From: Candidatus Woesearchaeota archaeon
GTDB lineage: Archaea > Nanobdellota > Nanobdellia > Pacearchaeales > GW2011-AR1
Assembly: GCA_964399015.1 (NCBI GenBank)
Contig: CAYNOY010000004.1
Location: 1 to 39,964, forward strand
Direction of reading: 5' to 3'
DNA: 39,964 nt
The notes below the pieces were generated by a model, which worked only from the letters and a program-made list of their open reading frames with translations, did not search any database and was not told the origin of the DNA. The position numbers were made by a program, and so were the translations under genes. Below, piece after piece: positions 23,318-31,203 of this stretch (the stretch's first letter is position 1; each line of letters opens with the position of its first letter).

Positions 23318-25195
23318 TCAATACTCTTCCACAAAAATAGGAATATCAGTAATAGGCACTGCACTTACAGGAACAATTTTAGCCGAAGGATAAACAGGCT
23401 CGCCATTATCCAATTCACTTACAATATAAGTTATCTTCACATCAGAACTAGAAATCTCACTAGAAATATCAACAATTCTATCCTGATTATCATCCCATAA
23501 TATAAAAACAGAACCCTCACCTTCAATATCAAACTGATATATTGAACTACTCAATTTCCTCACATTCTCCGCACCATCTAATTTCTCTCTTAAAAGTTTA
23601 AATGTGTAATAAGCTGGCTTTTTTGTTTCTGAATTCCCTGAAGGTGAAACATCCATCAAAGAAAGTCTCAGAAAATTTTCACCCCATCCAACAGTAGGAT
23701 AAAGAGAACTGTAGAACATTTTACTTATTCCACTATGTATTCCAACAGCCCACGCCTTTACAATAGAAGCCGAGTGTATCTCATTACTATAAGGAAAAGT
23801 CTCACCACATTCTGGTTTCTCCAATCCCATCAAAGGAAAAAAGAAATAAGGCACCCCATATTCCAACGCCCAAACTTCTTTATTCTCAATATCATATTTT
23901 TCCAAATTATCATTAAGCCACCCCATATCATCATAAACATTTTCTAACTGATTTCCATAATAATGAACATCTAAAATATCATAATAAGGCGCCCCCTCTT
24001 TAAGCAAATATTCCACCTTCTCTTTATATTCTTGAACATCCCCTCCTGCAACCAACCCCACAATTTCATTTATTCTATTCTCATCTGCACTAAAATATAA
24101 TTTTTCATAAGTACAATCAGAGGTCCCTGCCTCAATAAAAGTTTTAGAATTATACCCCTCATCATAATGTGTGAAAAACGCCCCGCCCAAGGCCCCCATT
24201 ATTATTTTTGCCTCACTATCTTTTTCTTTTATTTCATTTCTTATTTCAATAAAATGTGACAAAAGAGCTTCTTTTGAGGGCTTTAGATTAGTGTCAGCCG
24301 GATCTCTTATTTGACTCAACCATTCATTTTCAACTTGCCAATATTTTATTGGATTTTGTTCAAGTGCATTTTGCAATGTCTCATCAGGATATAATCCATC
24401 CCCTACACCATAACAATCAGGAGAAGACATTATACACCCAAGGTCATCATCACCATCATATCTTTCAACAAATGCCCCAACTGTTTCCTTCCATACCCCC
24501 CTCTGTTCATCACTAAGCAAAGGATAATTAAATTCCCCAGAAGTAGATGAATCAAAACTGATTATTGTTCTTTGATTTGTTTTTTTCAAGAAATCATCAA
24601 GTTGCATTATTAGTTCATTGTTAAGTTTATACCATGTAGCAATAAATCTTACATCTGATTGTAACTCATTAACTTTGTTTGGAGTATTTCCAACACCATG
24701 AAGTGCAAAAGGATTTCCTAAAATTTGCATAGGCGTAGTTATATCTACACACGTCCCCTGAGCACATTGATAACCTATTTCACAAGAACAATCCCCGCAA
24801 GTTGAACAATCTTCTCCATCATCACAAATATTATCTCCACAAACAATTGTAACATTCCCAGTAACATTAGTTGTCATGTTAATCACTCCAGTTGGATTAT
24901 TTAATCCAGAATTATTTAAACCATTTGACTCTTTACCACAATCTTCAAAACATCCAATATAATTTTCATCAGCATTACAAACCCCATCTCCACAAAATGA
25001 CCCCTGAACACACTCCTCTCCAACAAGTTTATAACCAGACCTACATCCACAATCAATAGAACAACTTAAACGACTTTCTCCAGAATCACATATTTTATTT
25101 CCACAACTCTCTACCCCAAAAGTATTTATAAAAATAAATGCAAAAACTAATGTCACCAGACTTAAAATAATTATCACAAAACTTCTTTTTTTCAT
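23318..25195 (-). CDS. Secreted enzyme: three CGDGxCDxxE Cys-rich repeats plus a clan GH-A-like (TIM-barrel glycosidase) domain
   Basis: Signal/anchor MKKRSFVIIILSLVTLVFAF. Repeats CGNKICDSGESRLSCSIDC, CGDGVCNADENYIGCFEDC and CGDNICDDGEDCSTCGDC. Candidate acid/base Glu in YWQVENEW and nucleophile Glu in VWALEYG. Confidence 0.7.
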   Translation of the reverse strand: MKKRSFVIIILSLVTLVFAFIFINTFGVESCGNKICDSGESRLSCSIDCGCRSGYKLVGEECVQGSFCGDGVCNADENYIGCFEDCGKESNGLNNSGLNNPTGVINMTTNVTGNVTIVCGDNICDDGEDCSTCGDCSCEIGYQCAQGTCVDITTPMQILGNPFALHGVGNTPNKVNELQSDVRFIATWYKLNNELIMQLDDFLKKTNQRTIISFDSSTSGEFNYPLLSDEQRGVWKETVGAFVERYDGDDDLGCIMSSPDCYGVGDGLYPDETLQNALEQNPIKYWQVENEWLSQIRDPADTNLKPSKEALLSHFIEIRNEIKEKDSEAKIIMGALGGAFFTHYDEGYNSKTFIEAGTSDCTYEKLYFSADENRINEIVGLVAGGDVQEYKEKVEYLLKEGAPYYDILDVHYYGNQLENVYDDMGWLNDNLEKYDIENKEVWALEYGVPYFFFPLMGLEKPECGETFPYSNEIHSASIVKAWAVGIHSGISKMFYSSLYPTVGWGENFLRLSLMDVSPSGNSETKKPAYYTFKLLREKLDGAENVRKLSSSIYQFDIEGEGSVFILWDDNQDRIVDISSEISSSDVKITYIVSELDNGEPVYPSAKIVPVSAVPITDIPIFVEEY

Positions 25196-25229
25196 AGATT
25201 ATTTAAGAAAACTGAATATAAAAACATTA

Positions 25230-26117
25230 TTAATTCATAACAAACTCTGCCTTTCCTAAAACCTCTCTCTTATCAACATCCCCTAAAATCTTCTCTGCCT
25301 TTCCCAAATCATCTCCCACACAAATCTTCCGATAAATCCCCACAAATCTTTCACCACAAAAAACAGAAAAAACATCTGAATCAGGAACCTTCTCCCTAGA
25401 CTTCAAATAATCTTTAACCAACAATCGTCCATTCAAAAGATGAAAAAGCGAGCCTTCCTTAACCTGAACAGAACCAACTATTCGCCTTACAATCTCTGCA
25501 GGAATCAACATTTCTCTCAAAACACTTTCATCACCTTTCTCATATTTAGCAAAAGCTTCACGCAACTCTTCCAAACTCACACTCTCATCAACATTAAAAA
25601 ATCCTGCCCTCGTCCTTCTCAAATCAGTCATATGTGCCCCACCAATCTTCTCCCCTAAATCATGAATCAACTTCCGAATATATGTCCCAGCCTGAACATC
25701 ACTCTCAAAACTAACTGTCTTCCCCTCCTTTTTAATAAACTTAAATTCTTTAACCTCCCTCTCTCTCAAAACTCTCTTCACCCTAGACTTCACAGGAGGC
25801 TTCTGCATAATCTTCCCAACAAACTTCCCCATCTCTTTCTTCAAATCAGCCTCAGAAATATCCTCATTAATATGCATCTTCCCAACATACTTTTTATCTT
25901 TCTTCATAAAATAATCTGAAAGTTTTGTAGCCCGATTAATCAACACAGGAAGAACACCAGTAACCATTGGATCTAAAGTCCCAGTATGCCCAGTCTTTTT
26001 AGCTCCAAGAATTTTCCTAACAATATCCACAGTCTTAAACGAGGTTATTCCCGCAGGTTTATCTATATTAATTATAGAAAATTCAAGAAGCTGTTCAATA
26101 GGTATTTGTTCCATCAT
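25230..26117 (-). CDS. cbf5: H/ACA RNP pseudouridine synthase Cbf5 (TruB family with PUA domain)
   Basis: INIDKPAGITS and GHTGTLDPMVTGVLPVLI (catalytic Asp), with a C-terminal PUA-like region. Confidence 0.9.
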   Translation of the reverse strand: MMEQIPIEQLLEFSIINIDKPAGITSFKTVDIVRKILGAKKTGHTGTLDPMVTGVLPVLINRATKLSDYFMKKDKKYVGKMHINEDISEADLKKEMGKFVGKIMQKPPVKSRVKRVLREREVKEFKFIKKEGKTVSFESDVQAGTYIRKLIHDLGEKIGGAHMTDLRRTRAGFFNVDESVSLEELREAFAKYEKGDESVLREMLIPAEIVRRIVGSVQVKEGSLFHLLNGRLLVKDYLKSREKVPDSDVFSVFCGERFVGIYRKICVGDDLGKAEKILGDVDKREVLGKAEFVMN

Positions 26118-26147
26118 ATATCCCCATCATAAAATCACTTTTTATAT

Positions 26148-26711
26148 TTATGCAACTAACAAGGAATGTTCAAGAGACCCAGAATAATCATCAAATTTTA
26201 CAGGACAACTCATACGAGTGTTACTAACCTTATCACAAACTTCAAAATGCAAATGAGGTCGCGGTCCAACCCACCCACTCTTTCCAGTTACACCTATATG
26301 TTGTCCTTGCAAAACTTTTTCTCCAGAAATAACTCCGGAATCAAATCTTCCTAAATGAGAACATATTGAAATACAATCTTTATGTTCAATCATGGCAAAA
26401 CTTGAAGGAGTCCTAATCCCAATTTCAAAATCAGTTCCATCATAAAATTTTTTAGAACTAATCAAATAAATCTTTCCTGATGCAGGTGCAATTACCTGAG
26501 TTCCAAAAGGAACTTGAAAATCTAAACTATAGCTATCATCATTAACTGAAACATATTTTTTACCCTTAATTTCAGTAGTCATCTCTAAAGCCCCATGACT
26601 CCAAGGACCATTATACCCTTGCATAATTGTCACAGGCATATCTAAAACAGGTAAAATAAATCCAGATTTTATTTTAGCATTTCTTTCAAAATTTATTCTT
26701 TTACAAATCAT
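26148..26711 (-). CDS. M23-family (LytM/lysostaphin-type) metallopeptidase, no obvious signal peptide
   Basis: SLDFQVPFGTQVIAPASGKI and GWVGPRPHLHFEV (HxH zinc motif). Confidence 0.8.
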   Translation of the reverse strand: MICKRINFERNAKIKSGFILPVLDMPVTIMQGYNGPWSHGALEMTTEIKGKKYVSVNDDSYSLDFQVPFGTQVIAPASGKIYLISSKKFYDGTDFEIGIRTPSSFAMIEHKDCISICSHLGRFDSGVISGEKVLQGQHIGVTGKSGWVGPRPHLHFEVCDKVSNTRMSCPVKFDDYSGSLEHSLLVA

Positions 26712-26745
26712 AGCAGAATACTTAAATTATAACTTAAAAAACTAT

Positions 26746-27468
26746 CTAAACCCGTCCCTTCAAATAATCCTGCCTCAATCCTTCTTCAAACTTCTCAATA
26801 GCATATCTCAACATCGTTCTAGGCATTTGACCATAATGTTTCTTAAGAAAATCTTCCAACAGCTCCCTGTCTCTCTTACCCAACTCCCGCAACATCCATC
26901 CAACAGCCTTATATATCAAATCATGTGAATCATTCAAAAGAATCTCTGAAATCCTCAAAGTATCTTCCAACTGATTATCTCTAATCAAAGCAAAAGTAGA
27001 AACAATAGCAATCCTTTTCTCCCAAAGATTTTTCGACTTAGCCAAATCATAAATCAAATCACGATTATCCACACTCAACAAATAATTCCCAACAATATTA
27101 GGCGCAGACAAATCAACTAAATCCCAATTATTAATATTTTTAGCATTATCTAAATAAAAATCCAAAATCTCTTGCCTCTCCTCATCACCAGCCCCCTTAT
27201 ACCTCTCCACCAAAATCAACAAAGAAACTAAACGCTTTTCATGCACTTCAGAATTAAGCAACTTCTGTAATTCATCAAATCCCAAATCCATAAATTGCTT
27301 AGCAATTTTCCTCTGCTCTGGAACAACTATCCCCAAAAAAACATCTCCAGCACCATACTGCCCTTCTCCAGTCTTAAAAAATCCCTGATGTATCTTTGCC
27401 GTCTCAGGATTAGCAACCTCATTCAATATAACATCTAATTCATCTAATTGATCCATAAAATTATTCAT
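26746..27468 (-). CDS. DNA alkylation repair protein (AlkD-like HEAT-repeat glycosylase family)
   Basis: FFKTGEGQYGAGDVFLGIVVPEQRKIAK...HEKRLVSLLIL...NNWDLVD...LWEKRIAIVSTF. Start taken at MNNFMDQ (27468). Confidence 0.8.
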   Translation of the reverse strand: MNNFMDQLDELDVILNEVANPETAKIHQGFFKTGEGQYGAGDVFLGIVVPEQRKIAKQFMDLGFDELQKLLNSEVHEKRLVSLLILVERYKGAGDEERQEILDFYLDNAKNINNWDLVDLSAPNIVGNYLLSVDNRDLIYDLAKSKNLWEKRIAIVSTFALIRDNQLEDTLRISEILLNDSHDLIYKAVGWMLRELGKRDRELLEDFLKKHYGQMPRTMLRYAIEKFEEGLRQDYLKGRV

Positions 27469-27672
27469 TTTCTTAGAATTATAAATATACCGATTCTCAT
27501 ACAAAACCTGTTTTATTATTAATAAAAAACTAATCCCAAACAAAAAACCCTCTCCAAACCTAAATTTTAACGCTAATAATATTCCCGGGGCGAAAATGGG
27601 AAAGTGACATAAGGAACGGATTTTCGCAGAGGGAAAATAATCTTCACAGAGAGAAAAACATCCCCAAAACTA

Positions 27673-28401
27673 TCAACGCAAATTCTTCCAAAAAAACCAA
27701 CCAGAACCACCATCCTCAAGCCTCTTAATCTTCTTAATCTTCCGAAGCTCTTTCAAATTTTCAGTTGCAATCTTAAATATCTCATCACGCATTGACATAT
27801 GTTTCAAAATAAATTTCTTAGCAACTTCGGGTTTGTAAATACTTATTTCTCTCAAAGTTTCACCAACCGATTCCCGAATTTCTTCATGTCCCTCTCCAAG
27901 ATAAAGTTCACATAAATGAACTGCAAGCTTAGTATCTTCATTCTGCCTAATCAAAGGAAACATAGAACATATCGCAAATTTCTTAAACCAAAGATTTTTC
28001 GACTTAGCCATTTTCAAAATCTCTTTATCTAAACTTGGACACTTCAATAAAATATTCCCCACAATATCTTTTGAAATACTCTCAACTCTATCCCAACTTT
28101 TAATATCTTTTAATTTAGGTTTAATAAATCTCCAAGTTGTTAAATCAAATTCATCTTTGTAAAGTCGAAGAGTATAAATCGCCAAAGACTTCTCTCCCTG
28201 ATATCCAGATTTCCACAACTTATTAAAAACAGGATAAAAACTTTTCAAAGAATGTTCCTCGTGCAACCTCTTAGCCAAGGTCCTAAGCTCCGGAACACGT
28301 TCACTATAGAAATCATGAGAAGTTCGGATAAATGACTTTATGTCTTGCGTAAATTGCTTATTCCCTAATTTTTTTAACTTCCTCTTTAGCTTGTATGTCA
28401 T
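27673..28401 (-). CDS. DNA alkylation repair protein paralog (AlkD-like), divergent
   Basis: Same helical repeat layout (KSWDRVESISKDIVGNILL, KSKNLWFKKFAICSMFPLIR), but the N-terminal motif is degenerate. Confidence 0.7.
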   Translation of the reverse strand: MTYKLKRKLKKLGNKQFTQDIKSFIRTSHDFYSERVPELRTLAKRLHEEHSLKSFYPVFNKLWKSGYQGEKSLAIYTLRLYKDEFDLTTWRFIKPKLKDIKSWDRVESISKDIVGNILLKCPSLDKEILKMAKSKNLWFKKFAICSMFPLIRQNEDTKLAVHLCELYLGEGHEEIRESVGETLREISIYKPEVAKKFILKHMSMRDEIFKIATENLKELRKIKKIKRLEDGGSGWFFWKNLR

Positions 28402-28423
28402 CTTAAAATCTAAGAATCAGTGA

Positions 28424-28996
28424 TTATCTTGATAAAGTCTTTCTGGGAACCTTAACCTGTTTCTCACTAGACGCAGTCTTTTCTTTTTTATGAGCTTGCT
28501 TACTTTCTTTCACTTCTTCTTTAACATCTTTCACTTCTTCCGTTTTATCTTCACCTTTTTTATTTTCGCCCTCTTCCTCAGATTCTTTCTCAGTTTCTTC
28601 AACAGGCTTAGTTTTTTCAATTTCTTCTACTTTCTTTTTAACTTCAGAACTTTTCCTTTCATTCCGAGCTTTTTCAAACCTAACATGTTCTGGAAGATCA
28701 ACTAATTCAACTCTCACAATATTATTTTCAAACTTTGTAGCCTTAACCTTAATCTTTGCAGGGGGCTTTTTCATTCCTCTAAATCTTATTTCATTATTCA
28801 ATAAATTATCAATTTTAATAGTTCTCAAATCAGAATCATAAGTCTTCATATGCCTCATAATAAATTCCTTCAAAGTTTTAATAGCTTTAGCTCCTCTCTT
28901 ATATTCAGGAACCTTAAGCCAACCATGTCTAAGTGGAACAATATATTCTCTTTCCAAAACAGATTTGAGTTCAGTTGGTTTTTTTTCCTTTGCCAT
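28424..28996 (-). CDS. rpl31e: Ribosomal protein L31e with an about 85-aa Lys/Glu-rich C-terminal extension
   Basis: Core EREYIVPLRHGWLKVPEYKRGAKAIKTLKEFIMRHMK...IRFRGMKKPPAKIKVKA. The tail after about residue 105 is low-complexity K/E. Confidence 0.9.
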   Translation of the reverse strand: MAKEKKPTELKSVLEREYIVPLRHGWLKVPEYKRGAKAIKTLKEFIMRHMKTYDSDLRTIKIDNLLNNEIRFRGMKKPPAKIKVKATKFENNIVRVELVDLPEHVRFEKARNERKSSEVKKKVEEIEKTKPVEETEKESEEEGENKKGEDKTEEVKDVKEEVKESKQAHKKEKTASSEKQVKVPRKTLSR

Positions 28997-28999
28997 ATT

Positions 29000-29218
29000 T
29001 TATCCTAATTGAGGTTTACCTTGTCTTCTCGGTTTAATTTTTAATTTTGTTCTTCTCCAACTTCTTCTAGTCGAAGTTATTGATGAAGGATGAACTCTTT
29101 TACCTGCTCCAAATTTCTTCAAAACAGCCCAAACAGGCGCCCACCTAGTTCTCTTATTTGCCTTACTAAGCTTAATCTTTTTTTGCTGTTTCCGTTTTTC
29201 ATTTCTTTTAACATTCAT
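29000..29218 (-). CDS. rpl39e: Ribosomal protein L39e (extended, 72 aa)
   Basis: KRTRWAPVWAVLKKFGAGKRVHPSSITSTRRSWRRTKLKI matches the eL39 core. It carries extra N- and C-terminal basic residues. Confidence 0.85.
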   Translation of the reverse strand: MNVKRNEKRKQQKKIKLSKANKRTRWAPVWAVLKKFGAGKRVHPSSITSTRRSWRRTKLKIKPRRQGKPQLG

Positions 29219-29219
29219 T

Positions 29220-29672
29220 TTAAGCAGTTCTCCTTAATCTTGAAAATATTTTTCTATCAACCAATTCTCTCAAATCTCTAACTGAAGCATCTTGCAATGC
29301 AAAAGAATCTTGTAACGCAGAATATTCTATTACTTCTAATCCTGAAGCCATACCATTCAATTCCAAACCTCTTCCAATCTTTCCAGGTTTACCAAAATAA
29401 ATTAAAGAAACATTATCATTAACTAATAAAGAACCATCAGGATTTTTTTCACAAACAACTAAAGGCATTTCTTCTCCTTCAGTTAATAATGCCCCAAAAA
29501 CATCTCCTGAACTCATCAATGGAACTCCTTGAGTTACTAGATAAACATCGGGAACATCAAATGTTAACTTAACCCCATTTTGAACATTGGATTTTAAACT
29601 AATCTCTACGCCCCTATTTCTATTATACAACCTTACACCATTTCCAGCATTTAATCCTCTAAGGCTCAACAT
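29220..29672 (-). CDS. Hypothetical beta-rich protein embedded in the r-protein operon
   Basis: 150-aa ORF with 1-nt gaps to S19e and L39e. No confident family. Confidence 0.6.
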   Translation of the reverse strand: MLSLRGLNAGNGVRLYNRNRGVEISLKSNVQNGVKLTFDVPDVYLVTQGVPLMSSGDVFGALLTEGEEMPLVVCEKNPDGSLLVNDNVSLIYFGKPGKIGRGLELNGMASGLEVIEYSALQDSFALQDASVRDLRELVDRKIFSRLRRTA

Positions 29673-29673
29673 C

Positions 29674-30093
29674 TTACTTAATTCCCTCCATTAATTCTTT
29701 ACCTTTTTCAGTAAGTTTTCTACCTGCCCTCTTACCTAATTCATTTGTTTTTTCCAATAATCCTGCTGCCTCAGCTTGCTGCAAAATAACTCTTATAAGC
29801 TTCCCAGACGCCTTCCTGAACGCTTCTGGCTTCATTCCCCTATTCTTCTTAGAACCATATCTAGTCTTCAATCTATTAACTCCAATAGTTTTCCGAACAT
29901 AAGCCTGCCTCAAAATACTAGCAGCTCTTTTATGCCAAAAATCTTTCTCTTGTGGAGGTTTCTTTTTAGAAGTCCCAGTCTTAACAAAATAACTCCATTC
30001 AGGTGCTTCAAACTCACTCATTTCTTTCAAAGCCTGAGCTAATTTTTCATTATATTCATTCGCATCTAATTTGTAAACTGCTGATATTTCCAT
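29674..30093 (-). CDS. rps19e: Ribosomal protein S19e
   Basis: PEWSYFVKTGTSKKKPPQEKDFWHKRAASILRQAY...GKLIRVILQQAEAAGLL. ATG at 30093 preferred over the GTG at 30108. Confidence 0.9.
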   Translation of the reverse strand: MEISAVYKLDANEYNEKLAQALKEMSEFEAPEWSYFVKTGTSKKKPPQEKDFWHKRAASILRQAYVRKTIGVNRLKTRYGSKKNRGMKPEAFRKASGKLIRVILQQAEAAGLLEKTNELGKRAGRKLTEKGKELMEGIK

Positions 30094-30113
30094 ATTATAT
30101 TTAGGCACTCTTT

Positions 30114-30186
30114 AGAAAACTTTGCCTAATGGACATTTCCGAAGGAAATCGCGCAAAGTTTTTCTTTGAGAATTTTTATAATTCTC
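30114..30186 (-). promoter_or_regulatory. Structured leader/promoter region upstream of the S19e operon
   Basis: A 12-bp stem (30114-30125 with 30053-30065 equivalent positions 30153-30165, one bulge) encloses a 6-bp stem (30135-30140/30144-30149). It is followed by hairpin gagaatt-N5-aattctc at 30168-30186, which contains a TATA-like ttataa. Confidence 0.3.
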
Positions 30187-30270
30187 AATACAGAGTTAGA
30201 TAGTCATAATATGACTTCAACCTAAAAATATTGTGCAAAATGGGTTTATAAAACTTTCTAGAAACAAAAA

Positions 30271-30522
30271 TCAACTCATAGCCTTCCGCCACTTCTTAAT
30301 AAAAATACTAAAACCCAGAACTCTCGTAGTAAACTTAGGTCCCAAAAATTCTTTAATCCCTTCCGAAAACTTCTTAACATCTTCCTTAGACTCTCGCGCC
30401 GAAGCTAAAACTGAAATCTTCAAATTCTTAACAGCAGGTTTCTCAAGACGCTTTTTCACATCTTCCAAGAATTCCTTTGTCAATCCTTTCTTACCTAACT
30501 GCATTTGTGTTTGTGATGTCAT
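30271..30522 (-). CDS. YhbY-like CRM-domain RNA-binding protein
   Basis: MQLGKKGLTKEFLEDVKKRLEK...LKISVL...ESKEDVKKFSEGI...VLGFSIFI follows the YhbY pattern. Confidence 0.75.
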   Translation of the reverse strand: MTSQTQMQLGKKGLTKEFLEDVKKRLEKPAVKNLKISVLASARESKEDVKKFSEGIKEFLGPKFTTRVLGFSIFIKKWRKAMS

Positions 30523-30552
30523 ATTTTATTTAACAAAAGAGGGTATTTATAT

Positions 30553-31158
30553 TTACTTAATCCCTAACCTGCCACTAGGAATCGCCTGCATTATGTCATC
30601 CTTCGCAATCGGAAGATGATGTTCATCCTTAATCTTTTTAGCAATTTTTCCAGCAGCCTCTTCTTTACTTAACTTTCCAGGTTTAATCTCTGCCAAAACT
30701 TCTTCAGAGGTAGTCTTAGGAACTGCCTTCAACTTACCTTTCTGAAAAATCAAAACCAATTCAGCCTTAACTTTCATACTCTTCTTAGAACCATTAATGC
30801 CAAAAGTCCCTTTTTTCATAGCTTTATTTTTATAAATCTGATTCCCCTGAAAAATATCAATATCCACTTTTGAACTAGCCGACTTCAACTCTTTCCATTG
30901 TTTTGAAAAACACGCGCAAAAAACAGCAGTCTCTTCCAAGTCTTCTTCAGAAGGATTCTCCGATTGTATAATCATAAAAGGGCTCCCAGGTTTTGAAGTA
31001 TGCATCACAGTATAATTTGGCTTAAGAAAGTGCTTCAACGCCAATTCATTTTGCTCATCAGATTTCCCACCAACAACAAGAATATCCTTAGAAGTAAAGA
31101 ACCATCTATAACTTTTATAGTCCTTAACCGCTCCCAATGACTTTAATGCCGTAAACAT
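30553..31158 (-). CDS. DUF814 / NFACT-R domain protein
   Basis: FFTSKDILVVGGKSDEQNELALKHFLKPNYTVMHTSKPGSPFMIIQSE fits the DUF814 core. Confidence 0.75.
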   Translation of the reverse strand: MFTALKSLGAVKDYKSYRWFFTSKDILVVGGKSDEQNELALKHFLKPNYTVMHTSKPGSPFMIIQSENPSEEDLEETAVFCACFSKQWKELKSASSKVDIDIFQGNQIYKNKAMKKGTFGINGSKKSMKVKAELVLIFQKGKLKAVPKTTSEEVLAEIKPGKLSKEEAAGKIAKKIKDEHHLPIAKDDIMQAIPSGRLGIK

Positions 31159-31203
31159 AAACCTTTCAAAGAAAATTAGTTTTTAAAGATTAGTGTTTAA
31201 ACC

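Noticed and set aside
29220-29672. The N-terminus MLSLRGL…VEISL…VKLTFDVPDVYLV superficially resembles bacterial CsrA (MLxLxR…veItv…vklgi.aPkdv.i.R.E).
   Set aside because: The conserved CsrA C-terminal RNA-binding motif (V-x-V-x-R-E-E-I) is absent. The protein is more than twice as long as CsrA, and the resemblance rests on a beta-strand hydrophobic pattern only. It needs HHpred before any claim can be made.
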